A stretch of 51,241 nucleotides of DNA, taken from the NCBI GenBank assembly GCA_007693605.1, contig REDG01000058.1, positions 1 through 51,241 on the forward strand. Reading direction: 5' to 3'. Position 1 is the first letter of the stretch. The number at the start of each line of letters is the position of its first letter. The DNA comes from Bradymonadales bacterium. Lineage in GTDB: Bacteria > Bdellovibrionota > UBA2394. The translations under genes and the position numbers were made by a program. Below are positions 47,097-51,241 of the stretch, piece by piece. The notes below the pieces were generated by a model. The model was given only the letters and a program-made list of their open reading frames with translations, had not been told where the DNA came from and did not search any database.

Positions 47097-47981
47097 ATGC
47101 GCAAGAAAGAGAGTATTGCCTCTTGGTTTCGCGAGCTTCAATCGAAGATTATCGAGGCTTTGGAGGTCTTTGAGCCGAAAATCCGCTTCGAATCGCACCC
47201 ATGGAAGCGTCCCGGAGGCGGTGGTGGCGATTCTCGAATCTTGGCAGAGGGGGAGGTCTTCGAAAAAGCGGGGGTGAATGTCTCAGAGGTGGAGGGCGAA
47301 CTTCCCCCATCATTGATGGCGAAGCTGGAGACGACGAGTTCGAATTTCTATGCGACTGGACTTTCGTTAGTCATTCATCCGCGATCCCCTCAAGTTCCCA
47401 CCGTTCATGCCAATTGGAGATACTTTGAACAGAGCGACCGACGGTGGTTTGGGGGGGGTGCCGACTTGACGCCCTTCGTATTCCGACCGGAAGATTTTCG
47501 ACATTTTCACGAGTCTTTGCGACGGCCCTGTGACCGCTTGGGGCCCAAGGTTTATGACGAATTCAAACAGAAGTGCGATGAGTACTTCTATCTTCCTCAT
47601 CGCAAAGAGCATCGAGGAATAGGCGGGATTTTCTTTGACTATCTGAGCGAGAACCTTGATCAAGTTTTTGAGTTTATCAAAGAGAGCGGAATGAGCCTCA
47701 TCGACGCGTACATTCCGATCGTTCAAAAAAGACATTCGTTGAGTTTTAGTGAGCGAGAAAAAGACTTTCAGTGGCTTCGTCGGGGGCGATATGTGGAGTT
47801 CAATTTGATTTACGATCGAGGAACCAAGTTTGGGCTGGAAACCCAAGGCAATACTGAAAGCATACTCATGAGTCTACCCCCCAAACTTTCTTTTGAGTTT
47901 CAGCCCGAACTCGAGAAAACCGAGAGCGAGAAAGAACTCATGAAAGCCTTCAGAAATCCGAAGAACTGGCTTGCGAGCTAG
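47097..47981 (+). CDS. hemF: Oxygen-dependent coproporphyrinogen III oxidase
   Basis: FEKAGVN, SLVIHPRSP, WFGGGADLTP, RGIGGIFFD, RRGRYVEFNLIYDRGTKFGL. Confidence 0.97.
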   Translation: MRKKESIASWFRELQSKIIEALEVFEPKIRFESHPWKRPGGGGGDSRILAEGEVFEKAGVNVSEVEGELPPSLMAKLETTSSNFYATGLSLVIHPRSPQVPTVHANWRYFEQSDRRWFGGGADLTPFVFRPEDFRHFHESLRRPCDRLGPKVYDEFKQKCDEYFYLPHRKEHRGIGGIFFDYLSENLDQVFEFIKESGMSLIDAYIPIVQKRHSLSFSEREKDFQWLRRGRYVEFNLIYDRGTKFGLETQGNTESILMSLPPKLSFEFQPELEKTESEKELMKAFRNPKNWLAS

Positions 47982-48015
47982 TGGTCCAATCGGCAACTCT
48001 CTTCGAGTTGTGCTG
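47981..48015. repeat. Isolated family B terminal repeat (about 35 bp)
   Basis: cTA|GTGGTCCAATCGGCAACTCTCTTCGAGTTGTGCTG aligns with the reverse complement of 30738-30773; the TA plus first G form the hemF stop. Confidence 0.7.
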
Positions 48016-48049
48016 CCCGCTGCTAGCGCCCTTTGTAGTTCTGAGAAAA

Positions 48050-49597
48050 CTACTTTTTCTTGCCGAAGACTCGACCGATCATCTTTGAAGCCTTTTTCAG
48101 AAGACCAGACTTCGCTTTCGCTGGCTTCTGAGCTTGAGGAGAGCGCTTAGAAGCCTCTCTCGAACTCTTCCTTGGTTCCGAGCTTCTCTTTTGATCGCTT
48201 GGTCGTGGTCCGTCTCCTGTTCTTTTTCTTGAACGAGATCTTCTGGGGTTTCGATTTTGTTCTCCACGAGACTCTGAGCCACTCCTCTCTCGATTGGACG
48301 AGGGCCTTCGGTTGTTTCTTGAGTTTCTGGAGCCTCTTGAGCGCCTTGGGCCCGCGTCTGAGCTTGACGACCTTGAGTCTCGATCTCCTTCGCCTCCAGT
48401 GCCTGAAAAATCTCGAACCAACTCTATCTTAATCTTTTCAGCGATGGCTTCGATTTGTCTCTCTTGCATGCTGTTCTCAGGGTCAACCAAAGCGATGCTT
48501 AAGCCCGCGCGGCCCGCACGACCTGAGCGACCGGCTCGGTGAATATAGTCATCTAAACTCTCAGGCAGCTCAAAGTGCACAACTTGTGTCACATGATCAA
48601 CATCAAGGCCTCGTGAGGCGACATCGGTTGCAATCAGATGTTGAATTCGTCCTTCCTTAAATTGACGAATCGTTCTTTCTCTTTCGCCCATCGAAAAGCC
48701 CGCGTGAAGAATCCCAATGGCAGAGTTTCTTCCCCGTTCAGAGACCCGCTCAAAGAGGTTGTCAGCACCCTTTCGAGTGCGACAGAAAATGATGCTGGTC
48801 GACTTTTGATCGCGCAGCAACGAACGGAGAAAGCCCACTTTTTCTCGACGGTTCACAAAGATGGCTCTGTGCTCGATGGTGCTCGAAGAGGTGTTTGGAC
48901 TGTCGACTTGAATTTCATAGGGATTCTTGAGAAAGGTCGACATGATTTGGTTCACTTCTTTGGGAAGAGTCGCAGAAAACATCAGAGTCTGTCGGCAGCC
49001 CGGCAAAGTGTTCAAGATCTCTGTCACCTGAGGGGCAAAGCCCATGTCACACATTCGATCGGCTTCATCCAAAACACAAAGGTCAATCTCGCCAAGAGAG
49101 ATGCAGCCCTCTCCGATAAAGTCGATCATCCGACCAGGGGTCGCAATATAGAGAGTCGGTTTGTGTGCGTTCATCGCGCGGAGCTGCTGATCGAGAGGGA
49201 CTCCGCCATAGAGGGGAATGGACACATGCTCCGTCTGTCCGTCGAGTAGCTTCATCGCTTCGTCATCGATTTGTAGAGCGAGTTCTCGAGTCGGACTCAG
49301 AACCAGGGCTCTGCGAATCTTCTTTTCAAACAGCATTTGTGCGATGGGCCCTAGAAAGGCAATTGTCTTTCCACTGCCCGTTCGAGCGCCAGCATAGACA
49401 TCTCGGCCCTCTAAGATCGCGGGCATCACCGCAGCCTGAATAGGCGTCGGTATTTCAAAGCCCATTTTTTCTTTGAGATTCGTTAATAAGAATTCATTTT
49501 GAAGGAGATCTTTGAACTTTTTTGAGGGTTCTAAGTTTTCCGGTTTCTTTTGTGTGTCTTGAGGTTCAAGACCTTGAGGTTCGCTAATGTTCGACAT
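48050..49597 (-). CDS. DEAD-box RNA helicase with R/S-rich basic tail
   Basis: Q motif PTPIQ, ARTGSGKT, PTRELA, TPGR, DEAD, SAT, ASRGLD, HRAGRSGRAG. Confidence 0.95.
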   Translation of the reverse strand: MSNISEPQGLEPQDTQKKPENLEPSKKFKDLLQNEFLLTNLKEKMGFEIPTPIQAAVMPAILEGRDVYAGARTGSGKTIAFLGPIAQMLFEKKIRRALVLSPTRELALQIDDEAMKLLDGQTEHVSIPLYGGVPLDQQLRAMNAHKPTLYIATPGRMIDFIGEGCISLGEIDLCVLDEADRMCDMGFAPQVTEILNTLPGCRQTLMFSATLPKEVNQIMSTFLKNPYEIQVDSPNTSSSTIEHRAIFVNRREKVGFLRSLLRDQKSTSIIFCRTRKGADNLFERVSERGRNSAIGILHAGFSMGERERTIRQFKEGRIQHLIATDVASRGLDVDHVTQVVHFELPESLDDYIHRAGRSGRAGRAGLSIALVDPENSMQERQIEAIAEKIKIELVRDFSGTGGEGDRDSRSSSSDAGPRRSRGSRNSRNNRRPSSNRERSGSESRGEQNRNPRRSRSRKRTGDGPRPSDQKRSSEPRKSSREASKRSPQAQKPAKAKSGLLKKASKMIGRVFGKKK

Positions 49598-49769
49598 ACT
49601 ACTTTCATCAATTCAATTTGGATTTTAAGGATTATTAAGGCTTCGCTGGTTCCCCAATTCGCCTCAGCCTGCCCTTTCTTAACAGCCTTTGAGGGGCTTC
49701 ACAATCCCCCAAAGGCCACTTTTTCAAGCCTAAAGCCACTCACTCGGGGGCTTCAACTTGGCCAGTAGA

Positions 49770-49840
49770 GTTGGACCACTAGCCTTCTCGCATCTGGGCC
49801 CTTATCGCCACTCCCCAATCAAGAGTTTAGCGACAATCTC
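49770..49840. repeat. Family B end (GTTGGACCAC) + TA + right half of a family A element
   Basis: GTTGGACCAC-TA-GCCTTCTCGCATCTGGGCCCTTATCGCCACTCCCCAATCAAGAGTTTAGCGACAATCTC matches 30764-30834. Confidence 0.8.
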
Positions 49841-50677
49841 CTTGTAGTGGCGTAGCCACAAGGGCTGCAGCTCATAATACTCCTTTCGCTGAGTATAAAA
49901 GAGCCCTTGGCCAGAGTTCCTGGCGATCTCAAGTTGGTGGGCTTTGTAAAATTCTGGGTATCGGTACCAAGGCAGGGAGGGTCTTAAATGGTGCACGAGG
50001 TGCATGTTCTGGTTAAACATCAGGGCCTGAATCCACCAGGGCACAAAGGTGTTTCGAGTGTTTCGGTATCGGCTGGTCTCTCGGGCGGGGTGATGAGGCC
50101 AGGCGGTGTTCACATAGCTCAAGATGCCAATTCCGATCACATTCGGAATGAGCCAAGTCAAAATCAAGGGCTTTGCGAAGGCGGTAATCAAAGCCAGGTA
50201 GATCAAAAAAATCGGGCCAAAGGCTGAAAGGATCAAATGCCTGCGCCAGCGCGGGTGTTTGAAATGCTGAAAGGCGAAAACATGATAATAAAAGATAAGA
50301 AAGAAGCTCTTCATCAGTCTCTTCCAAAGTTTGGGGCTGGCCGTGAAGTGGTCTGGATCAGAGTCGCCTTGGTTGGTTTTGGCGTGGTGTTCAAGATGGA
50401 TTCTTCGAAAGAGAAAGGGACTGAACACAAACATCGGCCATGCCAAGATCATGATTAATTCATTCATCCATCGTCGGCGGCTAAAGCTAAAGTGACAAGC
50501 GTCGTGTAAGACGGTGAAGCCCAGAAAGACCATGAAGCCGTTGATCACGCCAAATGGAATCTGAAAGTACCATGCTTCTTGATACAGGGCGAAGCCTCCG
50601 CCCACCGCCAAAAGAAACAAAAAGGCGCAGAGACCGAACAAGATAAGGCTTGGATTCACTGATCTGAGCCAGTCCAT
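49802..50677 (-). CDS. Membrane fatty-acid desaturase / hydroxylase family protein
   Basis: Three His boxes HDACH, HLEHH, HLVHH; SD GAGGGAG before ATG 50677. Confidence 0.88.
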   Translation of the reverse strand: MDWLRSVNPSLILFGLCAFLFLLAVGGGFALYQEAWYFQIPFGVINGFMVFLGFTVLHDACHFSFSRRRWMNELIMILAWPMFVFSPFLFRRIHLEHHAKTNQGDSDPDHFTASPKLWKRLMKSFFLIFYYHVFAFQHFKHPRWRRHLILSAFGPIFLIYLALITAFAKPLILTWLIPNVIGIGILSYVNTAWPHHPARETSRYRNTRNTFVPWWIQALMFNQNMHLVHHLRPSLPWYRYPEFYKAHQLEIARNSGQGLFYTQRKEYYELQPLWLRHYKEIVAKLLIGEWR

Positions 50678-50942
50678 GGCTGTTACTCCCTCAGCCTCTA
50701 TTCTACCCGAGATGGCAAAAAACATCGAGAAATCGGCCACAAAGGGCCTCAGGAGCCACAATTTTGGGGTCTTAGCTTGATATTCACGGGCCAGAAATTC
50801 AGCAATCCCGGCCTTGGCCCCCGAGTGTAAGGAATTGAGCGGAGTCTCGTTGCAGTGGACGCAGATGACGGGGTTTAACTGAGCGAATGCAAAGTCTCGC
50901 CCGTAAAGACTGAAAAGGGGGGGCTTGGCTAAACTTGGGAAA

Positions 50943-51186
50943 TCAGACTGATAGAGCCTTTATCATTTTTATAATACGCTCGGCCTTCTTCTCTTTTTCT
51001 GCACCAGACATCTGACCATGGACAACTTCCTCAAATCCGCTCTGGCTCACAAGAGACTTAAGCTGTCTAACAACAAACTTCTTTACAGAGGGGTCTGACC
51101 TTTCAATGTCATCAAACGCATTTGGATAGCCATCTAAGAGAAGGAGAATGTCCTCAAGGTCTGTGCTAAAGCGTAAATCATTTTTT
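50943..51186 (-). pseudogene. C-terminal fragment of an AbiEii-like nucleotidyltransferase-family gene
   Basis: Not in the ORF track. Reads KNDLRFSTDLEDILLLLDG...VKKFVVRQLKSLVSQSGFEEVVHGQM...IKALSV*; no usable upstream start, and an in-frame TAA at 51228-51230. Confidence 0.55.
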
Positions 51187-51241
51187 TGAAGTGCGGGCGT
51201 TTGACTGGAGCGGGTAACACTTAGGGATTAGGGCCGGTTCA

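Noticed and set aside
50873..50934. attC-like site (GTTTAGC...GTTAAAC on the minus strand)
   Set aside because: The required AAC is missing, L boxes do not pair, and there is no integrase or second site.
1..51241. CRISPR array, rRNA, prophage or transposase genes; many short antisense ORFs in the track
   Set aside because: No regularly spaced repeats or such genes were seen; the short ORFs are shadows of well-supported genes.

Overview
Bacterial chromosomal segment, probably from a Bdellovibrionota/Myxococcota-like deltaproteobacterium (inferred from an Agl-Glt-type gliding-motor cluster). The backbone is housekeeping: Na+/solute symporter, trehalase, acyl-CoA dehydrogenase, rpmG, nrdAB, rmuC, ispH, nth, polX-PHP, xseB-ispA-dxs, rpe-fmt-def, TAXI-TRAP transporter, hemF, DEAD-box helicase, desaturase. 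Notable non-routine content: (1) a tRNA-Leu(UAA) split by a 213-nt group I intron and carrying a non-canonical A53-U61 T-stem pair; (2) two families of small non-autonomous palindromic elements, one nested in the other with a TA duplication, which supply the C-termini of two proteins and whose ends bracket the DEAD-box helicase gene; (3) an accessory block (about 12.8-17.3 kb) with a wHTH + AbiEii-like nucleotidyltransferase pair under a leaderless promoter overlapped by a 22-bp palindrome, and a beta-barrel gene broken by one in-frame TGA; (4) an ~1840-aa lipoprotein fusing a gluzincin protease to several beta-propellers; (5) a second, truncated AbiEii-like fragment cut by an IS-like end at the window edge. 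No CRISPR array, rRNA or transposase was seen. All family calls come from motif recognition by eye, not database searches.
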